The notes under the pieces are model-generated. The model worked only from the letters and a program-made list of their open reading frames with translations. It searched no databases and was not told where the DNA came from. Position numbers and translations under genes: made by a program. A stretch of 64,000 nt of DNA from Thalia democratica (lineage: Eukaryota). Of this stretch, positions 1-14,241 are shown one piece after another. How positions within the stretch are numbered: the stretch's first letter is position 1; each line of letters starts with the position of its first letter. The DNA lies in the NCBI GenBank assembly GCA_965202585.1, contig OZ241829.1, positions 84,010,001-84,074,000 of the forward strand, read 5' to 3'.

Positions 1-3000
1 TTGTAATCACTTTAAAGCATATATTGATTTAACTAGCCTTATTTGATGTTTTTAAAACAATGAGTTTAAAAATTATTTGACTAATACTAATATTTAAGTA
101 TTTTTCTAACTTTTTTTTTAAGCTAATCAAAACATCACTAGGTTTATTTATAGTTAGTTTGAGACATAGTTAGTATGAGCTTATCACTATTTATAAAATT
201 ATATTAAATATATCACATTTGACATAGATAATCACTAAAGATAAGTAATGTTTAAATATTCTTTCCTTTAAAAAACAAAGAAAGAACTTTGTTTTTTTAA
301 TTCTAACAACATAAAAGATCTATAAAGTTTGACTTTTGAAAACTAAGGTTGCTTTGATTTACTGATAAACTAATTTTTGTTCCATAACTTATTCAAATAA
401 CTATTTCAAGTCTCAAAACTCATGACATTTATTGAAAAGATAACTTAATTTTTATTAGTACTTATGTTCAAATTTCAACAAAGTCTTTATAGAAAAATAA
501 AATTAAAAACAAACAAAGTGAACCCGAAATCGCGCTTATTTAAACTTTAATAATTTAATTAATATTTATATACGGATTATTTTAATGTAAAGTTAACTGT
601 AAAAATTTTAACATTAAAAATTTCATACTGCCCAAAACTGCACCAAACACCGTTTACATGACATCAAATCTATTTTTTTGTAAAACGCATTTTCTAAACG
701 GATCGGCTGTAGCAGTAATACTTTTTTTTAGTTCATAATATTATGCAAATAATAAATAGTAACAAACAGATGTGAAATAATAAACTTAAAGTCTTATTCT
801 AAATGTGTATTACACAAAACTTTACAACAAATTACATAAAAATTTTAAAATAAATCAAAACTGTTACCCCTAACCCAACTTACTAAATAAATAACAAATA
901 ATAAAAAGCAAGGATTTAATAATAATAAAATATAACTTTAAAAAAAGTATATATTTTAGCTAATCAGAAGCGCTTGAAGTCAAACAAAAGGTTATAGAAA
1001 ATTGAGAGGTAAGACATCATGTGCTTATAAAAACATTGATTGATTATTAAAATTAACTAACTTGTTTTTTGCTACTATTTACTTAAACGTTTGTTAAGTA
1101 ATTCTATATTTTGCCTAGCTTTCAACAACAACAATTTAAACTTAATATTTATTTTTGTTAGTCTGTTGTTTTTCTTATAGTACTTTAATTAATTTACAGT
1201 CATAAACATTTCGCCAAGCATAAATATCTGACCAAAGCGTGTTTTTAATTTAAGATTTAGCAAAAAAAAATCTTTTTTAAATGTATTTTAAACAAAACTC
1301 TCACTGAACATTGTTATTCAAAAAACAAATCATTTTACTTTGATTTTGATTTTATTTAAGATAAACATTTCAGACTTTTGTAAGCCCGCAAAAACCTGAT
1401 TCCCAACTCTTAAACTTTATATTTTCCACAATAAAAAAATTTAATGGTGTAATTTTATAATAATGAATGCCAATAATAACATATTTTGTATTTGTAAACT
1501 TTAAATTAAACAAAAATAAATAAACAAAAATAAAGTGAATGCAAAATTAAAATAATTATTAAAAAACAGCACATATATTCCAAAGAAACAGTTTGTTGTT
1601 AATTTAAATTTTAATGATAACTTTTTATTGTAAAAAAACAATTATTTTATATTTTAAATGCATTAAATCATTTTAAAAACTATACAAATAAAAAATCATT
1701 AAAAAGAAACTAAGAAATTATACTGTATGTTTTTAAAAAATCAAAAGTGTTGTATAGTGACATATTACGAACGTTTTTATATATTTTACTTATATCTAGT
1801 AAAATCTTAAGATTTTAACACATTGCATAAATAGTTTATTTTTAGTTTGGAAATTTGTTTAGTTATAAAATTGTTTTTTTAATCTTTTTTTTGAATTAGC
1901 TATCAAAATTATATGGAAAGTAATTTTGTTCCCTGTATTTAATTATTAGAACCATATTTATAACTAAGTTACAACTTTAGTTTCTAAAAAGCAGTGATAA
2001 ATAAAGTCCACAAAACTAAAAACCATCATTTTAGATTTGTTAGTGTTTTATATAAAATACGCTTTTTTCAATATCTAACATTATTACCGAATTTTTTGTT
2101 AAAGTTTATGCAAAAGCAAGTTCTCTATTTTTAATAACTGATTACGATCTCCAAAGGTGAGTTAATTTTAAAACCAAAACTAAATGAAAATACACTTGGT
2201 AATATAAAATATTAAAAATCTACGGAAAGCTTAATAAAAACCTTTAAAACCGTACATAATATATGGAAATTCAGTAACTAAAATTATTTTAAAGTATTAT
2301 CAGCTTCTATGGTCATGATTCTATTAGCTTCTATGCTAAACGTTATAATTAGTAAACAATATGTTATAAAGCAAAGTTAATCAGTTTATGAATTAGTTTT
2401 AGATTGTAATAAGGTATAAACATTAATAAAGAGATTAATAGAATACGTTCACGTCTAAAACTAAACATTTTTAATAACAAGCATACTTTTTATTACATTA
2501 CAGAAATACCGCCGTTTAAAGCAAAAACTTTAATTTCACAGCAAACAGGTACTAGCAAATTTACGTATAATTTTAATTTTGTTTTGACACTAAATATTTA
2601 ATAGTCTACTATCTTAAAACTATTAATAGTTTTAAAAACAGTGAAACGATAATAATAGAAAATCATTCCTTTGTGAAAAAGTGATTAATATTATTACAAC
2701 TAAACTATATAAGCTGTTTTTTGCTATAAGTTACTACTTTGCAACTTAATTTTAAAATAGTGTTGTGTTAAACCTCATTTCAACAAGACAACACTATGCG
2801 ACATAAAAAAAAAGTTAGTATTTTGATAAATAAAAATTAACTCTCTTTAATTTGGCATGATTTATTGAGAAAGAACTTAGTTCTCATTTACTTCTTTATA
2901 TAAAAGTCTCAAAATTAAAGATTTCAATTTTGTAAATATAATTTTTAAATATATTTCATTGTTTTAGCTTAAGCGATTTTTTTAATAATTTTTTATTAAA

Positions 3001-3714
3001 CGATGCAATAAGCAGCGCAATGCAACAATAGTTGCACCACTAAAACAGATTTTAAAAATTATTAAGTTAAGAAAAACAAAACAGAAAAGCAGGAAAAATT
3101 TTATTAAGTTATTAAAATTACGTGAGTATAATTGAAAAAAAATGTTAATGTTTGTACTACAATCAATATCTAGTAAAAATACACAATTTAAGACTTTAAC
3201 TATATAGTATATTAAATTTATTATGTTTTCTACTATAAAAGTTCTTACTTGTGACATGAGAATTTAAATTCTTAAAACATTTAAAAAACTAAATCATAAA
3301 ACGTAATATGTATTTCAAAAAAACAAAGATACTTACATAGGTCTTGTTATATCTACAACCCATTTTTAGCTTAATTATAAACTGTTATTGGAATACTTGA
3401 AAACTACTAAAAGTAAATCTTTTTAGATTAAGTTTTGAAAAAGAAAAATTGACTTTGCAAAAAAAAAACTTGTTTATATAAATAAGACCTATATACATGT
3501 TTTTTGGGTGCACGACTATTCAAGTTCTTTCTCATTAGCCCTACAACCATTATCAAAACTGTATCGAATCGTATGTTTTGCGCTAGATATGTTTTCAACT
3601 ACTTAACTAGTAGTTGACATTTCCTTGTCTAACATGACTTTATTACAAGGTAACTCACATGCTATTGTGTTTGAAAACGTAACAGATAGACTAAGTTTTT
3701 TTCTGAACTAGTTA

Positions 3715-3853
3715 TGACGTCACAACTCGGTATGACGTCAGCGTATTTAATTCGACTGTCGTGGCAGCTAAATTTTGCTCGTTTAAATTGACTTTATTTC
3801 GCGGTATTTTTCTCGATAGACTTTGCTTCTTGCCTGAGCTAATTATGACGTCA
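3715..3853. promoter_or_regulatory. Cluster of three TGACGTCA (CRE/ATF) palindromes at the edge of a locally GC-richer island
   Basis: TGACGTCA at 3715-3722, 3733-3740 and 3846-3853; direct repeat ttatgacgtcacaactc at 3712-3728 and 3843-3859. Function is inferred only. Confidence 0.35.
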
Positions 3854-4316
3854 CAACTCATTGTTAGGTTAATACGATTGCATTTGGCGGTTATGGCGGC
3901 TAACCAAATCGTTCGTCCCTTTTATGACTTAAACATTCTAACTCTCTTCTGATTTTATCGCTCATTCCTAAACCCTTGATACTTCCACCACACACTTGAT
4001 ACTTCCTTCGTTTTCCCGAATTTCATCGAAATCGTGTTCTGCTAATTTCAGCTCTTACCCCTCCCCCCCTTTATAACGTTATACGCCTTAATTTCGTTAC
4101 TGGCTGTTACAATCTTTAAAAGATGCTTGCGGTCGGGCTTAGCTAATTGTGGCCAATTTCCTTTCAAAATAGTATTTTCGGTACTCTGTTAAGTAGTATA
4201 CATGGTTGCGCTGTGCGTATATAAGGCAATATAGATTGCACTCTAAATCATACATAAACCCCTCAAATTAAGTTCTCTCCAATGTGTCAGCCTAGCTGTT
4301 CTTAAAAAATGACTTA

Positions 4317-5090
4317 CAGTAACCTCTCGCTTATTTACGCACATTGTGTCCACAGAAAAAGTGCGTAAAGATATGAGAGATCGTAAAGAAACGAGAGGTA
4401 CCAAGTATACTCACTATAATGGCTGTTTTTTAATATTGCTTCTAGTTAAAAGCAGACTGGGCACTTTCCCACTTTTAACTACTTGTTTACTTTACTTATA
4501 AGTATGAAAACAACAGATAAAACTATACATATATTAAAAAAAAAGGATTTGAATTTCTATAAAATAATAATACGAGTAGAAATAATTTTACCATTTTAAT
4601 ATTTAGTAGAAATTATCTTTATTTATATGTGACATATATATTCTATTCTACTTAGCAAATTCAATTTATAATTAAGCATTTCTTTACAATTATAAAATAG
4701 TGTTTATTAATATATAGGGCAAGACTGCTGTATAATTTCTTTGTGTTTTAAACTCTCATTATTTCATTATACTTTCATTATTATACACAGTCATGTTTAT
4801 TTCAGAATTTTGATTTAATCTCTTATTGTTAACAAAATTTCTGATATACTTAGGTACAACTAAATGTTTATCAATTAGTAAAGGAACATAAATTTATAAA
4901 GTCTTAAGATATAGAGAGGTGTGTTAGCATTCAAAAACATATTTTAATTTAAAAATATACATTAAACCTAATTTGTGCAATATTAAAAAAAATTAAAATT
5001 TTCATCTTCTGAATTTTATAGAATTCTGAAATGCGTAACTAAACGAGAGTGCGTAACGTCACGAGTGCGTAAAGATCCGAGAGGTTACTG
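4317..5090. mobile_element. Non-autonomous Tc1/mariner-superfamily (pogo/Tigger-like) MITE
   Basis: Left end CAGTAACCTCTCG..TTTACGCAC and right end GTGCGTAAA..CGAGAGGTTACTG form a ~26 bp TIR with the outer 13 bp perfect. TA flanks both ends; internal GTGCGTAA subterminal repeats; no ORF. Confidence 0.85.
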
Positions 5091-5585
5091 TATATATTTC
5101 CAATAACAGGGTTTTGGTCCGAAACTATTATAAAGGCAAGAACGTATTTAAAATTCAATTCTTTCTTCTAAAACGTGCAATTTTAACATAATATTTTTCC
5201 AAGTAGACTTTATTCGTATACTCAACTAGAATTCTAGAAAACAATAAAGCTGTATTTGGGTCACCATATACTTAACGCAGAAACTTTAATGAAGATATTT
5301 CTGTTCAATGCCAGCTGTAACTAACTGACTGTCATGGACTAACGTGACAATGTGCTTACTTATCACTTCTATGCTGAATATGCCACTTATTTATATACTT
5401 GGCCTGGATTGATAAGATATACTAGTACAAAAACTTTATTTACTAACAATCTCAATTTACTTATCTAAAAAATACTTACTTAACTTATATTGTTGCTTAA
5501 AAAGAAATTAAGCCTGTAAATAGAAATTCACAAATAAACGCGAGCAAATAAGAATTTAAATTAACAAGTAAAATACAACAGTAAT

Positions 5586-6257
5586 GGGTGGGTTTCAATT
5601 TAGCACGAGCGTCACTTTTGCACGAGCGTCATTTTTTCTAGAAGGGACACTTTTGCACGGCGTCACTTTTGTACGAGTGGACAATTTTACACGGCAACTC
5701 TTTTGCACGAGCGTCACTTTAGCACGATGGGTCACTTTTGTACGAGTGGACAATTTTGCACGGAAACTTTTTTGCACAAGCGTCACTCTAGCACGAGGGG
5801 ACACTTTTGATCGAAAACATTTTTTCACAGGTTGAAATTTTTTTTCTGTCACTACCACCCCTTACCCTCGGTCGGTAAATTTTTAATTTCTTTTTTTTAA
5901 TTTTACATACTTTTTTAATTTTCCTTTTTTTCGGGTTTACTTAATTTTATTAGGTATATATTTTTTGTTTTCTATCACTGTTTCCCGAACCCTTATCCAC
6001 AGTTGGTAACATTTTGTTTTCTTTTTTCATTTTATATTAGTTTTTTTTTTCTAGTTTTTATGCTATTTTATTTATTTTATCATTTTCATTTTTACTTTCA
6101 CTGTTACCACTAACCATTACCATCGGTCGGTAATTTATTTTTATTCATTAATCTTGTTATTTTTTTTTCCTTGCTATTTTACAATTTATTTTTCTTTTTA
6201 TCTTATATATTTTTTACTCTGGTGAAAAATTTTGTCGTGCAAAAGTGACCTGTTCCC
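5586..6257. mobile_element. MITE with GGG..CCC ends and arrays of ~17 bp GCACGAG repeats (possibly PIF/Harbinger-like)
   Basis: Starts GGGTGGGTTTCAATTTAGCACGAG and ends GTCGTGCAAAAGTGACCTGTTCCC (imperfect TIR). AAT on both flanks (3 bp TSD); ~12 tandem ttttgcacgagcgtcac-type units at 5600-5810; internal cttaccctcggtcggtaa motifs. Confidence 0.7.
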
Positions 6258-9200
6258 AATAATAATATATTAAATTTTAACTAAATAGATCATCACTAAT
6301 CAACGTATTACAACTTAAAAGTATAATCTAAACAAACACATCGCATTGTTCTGAAATAACAATCAACACAGCAACAAACTGCTAACAACGTGTAGGGATG
6401 CTTGTAAACGAGAACAACCACAATTTAATGCAGTCAAGCGTTTTAAATACCAAAACCTTCACGCTTGGCTAAACTCTCCTCTTTAAATTGTTACAACGTA
6501 TATATTTGTGTATACATTATACATATATAACACCTTTTTGAGGTTTGAACTTTTAACTTTTTAGAGAACTTGAATGGTCGGAGTTTGAATTATCCGAACG
6601 TGCACCCAGTTTAAACTGCTAGTTAAATTAGATAAAATAACTAAACACGAGACTACTTATATTTTTATCTTTAAAAGAACTTTTAAACTTTTACTACCTT
6701 GTGAGATTTATGTTTAGATAAAAAAACTATACATTTTTTATAATAATAAAAATTATTTTAAAATTTATTTTCCACACTTCTTTGAACTAAGACAAAACAA
6801 TTAGTTCAAAGTTAGCTAAAGTCGTATGAACTGATAACTTTGCTTGAATCTTTTAAATAAACTTGAGAAATAAAAATACTTTTTTATTTTAACTAATTCT
6901 AGTCATTTAAATTACGTTTAAAATTATAAACAATTAGTAACTAAAACTACTTAATTAATTATTTAAAAAAAGGTTATAATATTTAAAAGTATGTTGAATA
7001 GATATAAATAGTGACTAAAATTAAAACTAACTTTGTCAGGAATTAAAAAAATTGATAAAAAACCCAATTCTTTATAGTTTGACTAAAGTTGTTTGGTCCC
7101 GGTTAAGGTTTATCATTTACTTATTTGATAAATGATGATAAAAACTAAAACTTATTCAAAATTTAATATTTTTAATTTTGCGCATTTTTTTGGCAGATTT
7201 GAATAATACTAAAGCTCTTAAGATAGATAAGGAAGGTTTAAAGAGTAAACCAGTAAAAGTTTTGAAATAACTCTATCAAATAAATATATTTGACAATATT
7301 TTTTTAAATGCATTTGTTTTATACATGTTTAAATTTACATTAAATAAATAATTACTAAAACTAAAACTTAAAGCGATTTTGCGAGTGAATTAATTGCCTC
7401 TAGTGGCCGAAATAGTATTTGATTTTATAAAAAAAATCAAACAAATTCTATATATTAAAAACATTTTGGTTTAAAATAAACTAGTCTGGCCACTTCTCTT
7501 TGACTTACTGGAATTTGAAATCGCTGTAAATGCGATAAAAATAAACTAAAAAATTAAACTAAACATTAATTGTTCATAATTAATAATTAAATTATGTATT
7601 ACACTTGAACGGATTTGCATATTTACTAAAAAAATAGTTAATTAATGTTATCAAAATTATTGTTATTAAAAAAATGTTATTATTTTAAAATCTAAGCAAG
7701 TAGTAGTTAGTTTTCAAAGTCAAACAAATAAACACAAGTTTTTAAACGTTTTGTTATTTTAAATGTTAACTATAGTTCAAACATTCTAATAATATTACAA
7801 TAAGTACAAAACCAATCATATCTAAGTACGATTTATAATTAGTATGATCAAAAGAAATAAACTTATGTGCTTGTTATGCCAAAGCTAAAAGGTCAAAACA
7901 TTACATTAAAAAAGTAAAAAGTTTTAATAACACTTTACTTTAAGCCAACAAGCAAATAAAAACCACCAATTTTAAAAATCAAACAAGATACAATAAGTTT
8001 AAGTAAAACAAGATTATACCAAAGCATATTTTCGCTTTATTTTTAGCCTGTTACTTTTATCTTGTTAAAACTTGAGAACTTCTACCTTAATAACTTACAA
8101 CAATTTGATTTAACTAAATTTAATCGTGAAATTATAAACATTTTATCAATTTTTTTTCATTTTTTCATTTGAATAAAAATTTTTAAACATTAAGTTAACT
8201 TAAGACAAAAGCTTTTTACCTTATAAATAGTTTCAAATACATTTCGATTGTTCTATGTAACCTATTATTAAGAAAATACGTTTAAAATAACAAAAGAATG
8301 AATTATAGCTAAGAATTTAGTTTAAAACTTATAAAATAGATCAAACAATTAGTTCAGCAACAACTATTCAGTATCCGCCCTAATTATACATATGAATAAT
8401 AAAAAGACATTAAAAAAATTTATATATCTAAACAAAACTAAAACTTTTGCTTATAAATTTTATTTTCGAAGAAAATTATTCTTGTTTGGTATTTAGTTAT
8501 GATTATAATTTGTTATTTAATTAATTGATGAATAAAAACCAAAACTAAAGTTTAATCTAGAATTTTTTTGCTCATTTAAGTTTTGGTTTATACAAGTTTA
8601 AATAATAAACAAAACTAAATCCCTATTATTCTTAAGCATTACATTTCTCTTGATAAATATTGATCAAGTTTATTAAACAAATCATACAAATTAAATACAA
8701 AAAGTTATTTAACTTAAAGATAGACATTATAAGTCAGTTGATTGGACCAGTTTTTAATTTAAAACTGCTGTAAATGCGATAACTAATAATAAAATAAAAG
8801 TATATGACTATTATAATTAGTCCACGAAACTAAATATTGCTTGTTCTTTGAACAAGTTTTTGTTCTTTACTGTCGAGTGTTTCTACTTTTTTTTTTTAAA
8901 TAACTTATATGAAAAATATTTACTACTTTTCAAAAAGCCAATTGGTTTTTAAATTAAGCTTAAATGATAAAAGTTTTTGATGCATAAGATTAAATAATCA
9001 GCTATGACAGAAAAAAAAAGTTTAAAGATTTAATGTAAGATATAAAGTTTGAAAACTTGCACGAACTATAAGTGTAGATGAAATTTCACAACTATCTTAA
9101 AACTACTAAAGTATTTGTTTTTTAGCTAAATTTAGTTTTAATTTGTTTTTAGATACTTATACAGCTTTTGTTTTATTTTTTTTAAATGGTATTGTTTACG

Positions 9201-9585
9201 CTTTATATGTCTCTAGTGGTCTAACTTCTACTTAAACTTTTTCGAAAACTAAAATAAAATATTTTTAGTAATCTACCGTAAACATTGTCGGTTTTTTACT
9301 TTTTTACAATTTTCGACTTTTACTTTAATTTGACATCGCTGCTAATGCGACAATTATAAATTAAACAGCAAAATAAATAAAAATTGAGTATTTGATTACC
9401 TTTTATTGTTCTATAAACGATAATCTCTACGAATTGAAAAGATTAATACTTGCACAGACTAAAAACCAATCATTTTATTTTTATTTTAATCTAGTTTTTA
9501 ATTCAATTAACATTGAATAAAGGTCTTCTAGATCAAATAAAATTGAAAACAATAAGTACGAAATTTATATACAAAAAAATAACTA

Positions 9586-10328
9586 CAGTACTTATTTACT
9601 TATCCTGACACGTTGGGCAAGATATTCTGTAAACATGTACGGATAACCAAAATTCCAGATAAGTACAAAAAATCAGTTTTTTTTATATTAAAATATAATT
9701 TCGGCATATAGTGCAATGCATAATAAAAGTTTTAAAGTAAAAAAAATACATAGTAATTGTGAGTAATATATAATAAAATGATAAACAATTAAGCTAAATA
9801 GTTAGTTTTTAATGGTCTATTTTTAATGGTTAGTGCAACTCGTTTTTATTTTTTAGAACTCGTGTCCATTAACAAAACCTGGTATGTTAAGTGTATCAAA
9901 CTTATATAACTTTTAAAAATTTATATATATAGTCATGCACCTCATCTTAACAAAAAGTGTTTGAATTAATAAGTTTTGTAATATTGTTTGAATTAAAAAT
10001 AAAACATAAAATAACGGTCATACATCCATTTTCTAAATAACTCAGAATTTAGTTACATATAAAAAAATTTGAAAATTTAAATAAAAATCTAAAAGTTATG
10101 TTTTAAATAACATTGTTTTGAAAATTTGTAAACTGACTTACACTACATGCAAAAGTTTTAAAACAAGATAGAATGTAATCTTTAGTAGTTTTATTACGTC
10201 ATAGAAATGAACAAACTTGTAGAATTTATAAATTCACTCGAAAAATTTTTGAATTTTCTTTTGATCGAAACTGTCCGGATAAGTAAGTTAGGATAGGTAA
10301 AGTCAGGATAAGTGAATAAAAAACAATG
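9586..10328. mobile_element. Degenerate TA-flanked MITE (pogo/Tigger-like)
   Basis: Left ta|CAGTACTTATTTACTTATCCTGAC; reverse complement of right end ta|CATTGTTTTTTATTCACTTATCCTGAC; GGATAAG subterminal repeats at both ends. Confidence 0.55.
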
Positions 10329-11379
10329 TATATAAAAAAAAAGTAGCAAACAGCTGGATCAAAAATAAAAGTGTGTTCCTAAACGTTACTACAAAAAACA
10401 TTCTTTTATTGAACAAAAACATTGTGCTATCACACTGAAAAGTCTAGACATGCCCCTGGTAGTCAAAGACCTTGTTATTATTAATACCTTTAAGTAAGTT
10501 GCAACCATATGGTTTGCAGTTGTCATTATTCAAAAATTCTATAGAAATAATAAAACTACAATCAAAGAAAATATTAGCAAAGTAGTTTGTAGATTGACGA
10601 ATGCAAGTTTTTCAATTTCGACTGACTAACATTTAACAAGTTTTGATAAAAACGAACTTGCATCTAAGTCTACTGAAAGCAGTTTTATAATTGAAGTTGA
10701 AAATGTTGAAACGACATGAAAATTAATAAGTTTGGTAGAGATAAACCACAAAGTAAAAATTAAGTATCTAAATTTAATAAAAAATATTTGCATTTGTGTT
10801 GGGGAAAGACAATACTGGTTCATTTATAGTTTTTTATAGTTGTTAGCTTCACTTATTTTTTCCAAGTTTTAAATAAGAAAACATTAGGTAGTTCAAGCTA
10901 GTTCAAGCGTATTCTGTACTAAGTTTTGTTTATAAATAAAAAAAATCAAGTTTCACAAAAAGTCAAACTGTGAGAAACATATAAGTCGTTTTAGTAACAA
11001 CCTTTCTATAAATTTACTTTGAAAGTTTTAGTTTTGGTCTTATATTATAGAAATAAATGAAGAAAATAAATAAAGTCCGATTTTTTTTAATAAAACTAAC
11101 GATAGTAAATAAAAATAGCAGATAGCTGTAGTATTAGTATTCTTTAAAAATTATTTATATAAATAAATGATACGTTTGTGACCGATAGTTTATTTTAACA
11201 AATAAAAACTAAACCAGCTATAATAAATAAAACGTAGCAAGTAGCCATAGTATTAGTAATCTTTAAAAAATATTTTTTAAATAAATAGTACATTAGTGAT
11301 CAATATTACTTACTTAATTATTATTTTGTTATTAAATTTTGTAAGTAAGTTGCAACTCTAAAACGGATAGCTGTCAAAA

Positions 11380-11760
11380 TTGCACGCGCGTACAAAATCG
11401 CTCAAAAATACTTTTGCCTGAAGGGTCACTTATGCACGAGGCACTTTTGCACGGAGACATTTTTGCACAGGTAAAATTTTGTTATATTACTTTATAAACT
11501 TTTTTTATTAATTTTAATTTATTTTTACCATCACTTTTACCCCTAACCCTTACCCTTGGTCGGTAACTTTTTTTTATTAACTTATTTATGGATAAAAATT
11601 ATTAGTTGTTTTTTTATTTTTGTTTTTATTGTCACTTTTTTCATTTTTCTCTTTTTTCTATATATTTTTTACTCTAGTACAAAAATGTAACTCGTGCAAA
11701 TTTGTCTTCGTGCAATTTTGGCTTTGTGTAATTTTGTGCAGTCGTGTAATTTTGTAACCC
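11380..11760. mobile_element. Degenerate relative of the GCACGAG-repeat MITE at 5586
   Basis: aaattgcacg repeats on the left, cgtgcaaatt repeats on the right, and the same internal ccctaacccttacccttggtcggtaa motif; termini eroded. Confidence 0.65.
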
Positions 11761-13196
11761 AGGTCTCAGATTATTAAAAACTTGTTGTCTGATGATAAAA
11801 GAGCTATGATCTAAACTTCATTAAAATTCTAAAAACTTGTTAGAGATAAAAAAAAAGTAAAAAACAATATAAAATGAAAAATATATAGGTTGGTTTAAGG
11901 TAAGACAAATACAGATTCATTTTGAATTTTAATAGTTCTGTTAGCTTCGCTTACTGTTTCCAAGTTTTATATAAAAAAAAATTAGATGTTTTAGCAAGTT
12001 CTGCATTAAATTTTAGTGAGAAAATAAAATATATCAAGCTACAGAACAAAGTAATACAACTTGAACTGTGAGAAAAAGATGAGCTACTTATTAAACAATA
12101 TTTTAAATGTAAAATTTTCTTTGAAAGTTTCAGTTTTAATAAAAATGTTTTCAATTTTTTATTGAATTTTATAATTTTCTATTCCAAAATAAATTAATAA
12201 ATTTCTTACAAAATTTGTTTCAGTATTTCAAAGCATTCAAATTTAAATAACCTTTTTAAAACTTTTCAAATCTAAATACATACTAAATTATAAATCTTAG
12301 ACATTGTTTTCAAGTAGTTTTTATTATAGGTTTTTATTTTGGTATATTCATAGTTGTAATTTTTATTTTATGTTTTTAACAGTATTAGCAACGTATCAAT
12401 TAAAATATTTACTTAAGAAACGCAACAATCTAGTTCCGGTATTAATATTTTAAAACAATTAAGAAATATTTTTTCGAAACTTATACTAAAATCTTGATAG
12501 CTATATGATTTTTTACATAAACGGCCTAAAAATATAAAAACATATTAGTTATTAAAAACAGTTAAAATTACGGTACTAAATTATTAAAATTTATAATTCA
12601 GTAAAATACAACGCTTCTTCCAAATTCTTAAAATCTAGATTAAAGTTTTCGTTTTGAAATTTGTTGATTTTATTTGTTTTTTAGTTTGAAAAGTTTTAAA
12701 ATAAGAACTAAAGATAATTTTCTTTTGATCACTTAAAGACTTAACTTATCTTAAATTATTAATTATGAAAATTTAAAAAATTTAAACTCAGTGATTATCA
12801 TTCTGTTTTAGAAATTTATTTATTTACACAAGCTTTATACTTGCTTCAAAATTAGACATAAATAAAATTTATATCAAAAACCTGCTTATAATTTTACACC
12901 ACTATTATACAAATAACACATTGAAGTATGAATATATTGTGATCATTTAATGACGTAAGTAAATGAGATAAAGAAGTGATAGTTGAGATATTACAAACAA
13001 GATCATAAAAACTTTAAAAAGAAAGAACTTTTAGCTCATGAGAAAATTTAGAGCAGATATTAATATATACGAATATAGGTATATAGAACAAATTATGTTT
13101 ACTTTTATATTAAAGTTTGTTATATTAAATATATCTGAGAGTAAACTGCATATAAATACGTTTCTTGTAAGTTAATAAAAAAGCCTACATTTACGG

Positions 13197-14241
13197 CAGG
13201 GGTCGGCAAACTGCGGCCCGCGAGCACGTTTTTTCTACTTGGATGTGACCCGCGAGAGAAAATTCTGCGGCCCGTGTGGATTTAAATATGGCCCGCTGAG
13301 CAAAGATACAATTTAGGCTAAATTTTTTTCTGTAGTTTAGTTTAATTTGATTGATATCGTTTTAAATCCCTTTAAAACGTTTTAAAATAACTAGAAGACT
13401 TTGCTGCTTAGGCTTAAAATTGTCAAAAAGACCAATGATTTTCTACAAGTTTCATAATAACTTTTATGTTACAACAGCAAGTTAATAGCTGAAAAAATAG
13501 TTTGAGGAATGCTTGGATTCAGTAAGCTATTTATGTGTTACCTATTTAGTGAAAAACTAAATCCAAATGTTTTCCATTTTGTTCAAAAGTAATGCACAGT
13601 AATTAAATAAAATATAGTTTCCATAAAGTTTTAGTATTTTGTTCATTATAACTTACTTTTATAGATCTTTTACCACTATAAGATATATTTGAGTGTACAC
13701 AAAAATATTTAAAACAACATAATAATAACAATTAAGGTTTATTATATTTTAGTTTTGACGCATTTTGAATTTTAGAACTTTTCTGTGCACTTTGAATTAA
13801 TTTTTTTGCACATCAATGTACATAGATGTTTTTAGCCATTTTTAAATCACTTTCTTATTTAATTATTGATTAGATTAAATTTAGTTCAAGTATAATTTAT
13901 TAAGATTATTGTTTCTAGATGTAATATCGAATTGTGTACACAGAAATATTTTTGGTAAATAAAGTTTGTTTCTATGGTTTGCATATTAATAAACCCAGAT
14001 GCTATTTTTTAAAAATACCTATTTAAAATATACTAGATTTAGGTATAGTAAATTAACTAAGTCTACAAATTGTTAATCAAAATAGTTAAAATGCAAGTAG
14101 TTAAGCAATTTAACTATGTCACAAATTCAGACAAAGTCAGAGTAGTTTAAAGACTTTTCAAATTTCATTTCAATTTAGCCCTGCGAAGATTTTTGATACT
14201 TGAAATTTGGCCAGCAAGCACTAACTGGCTGGCGACCCCTG
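13197..14241. mobile_element. Non-autonomous hAT element (Charlie/Buster-like ends)
   Basis: TIR CAGGGGTCGGCA / TGGCGACCCCTG; 8 bp TSD atttacgg / atttaggg (7 of 8 match); GCGGCCC subterminal repeats; no ORF. Confidence 0.85.

Noticed and set aside
2982-3257. 91 aa minus-strand ORF
   Set aside because: Low-complexity F/I/L/N-rich translation of AT-rich, intron-like DNA; no domain.
5600-5810. CRISPR-like appearance of short regular repeats
   Set aside because: Units are ~17 bp, directly adjacent with no unique spacers, sit within TIRs, and have no cas genes; the DNA is eukaryotic.
5584-5858. Two overlapping ORFs (83 and 87 aa) with repetitive peptides
   Set aside because: They are translations of the ~17 bp GCACGAG tandem repeats inside a MITE, as is the ORF at 25493-25690.
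10450-10830. Nearly open frames on both strands, including a CNHMVC string reminiscent of Ariadne RING2
   Set aside because: The string lies in a short stop-bounded frame without the other RING2 ligands and is 13 kb from the gene; most likely chance.
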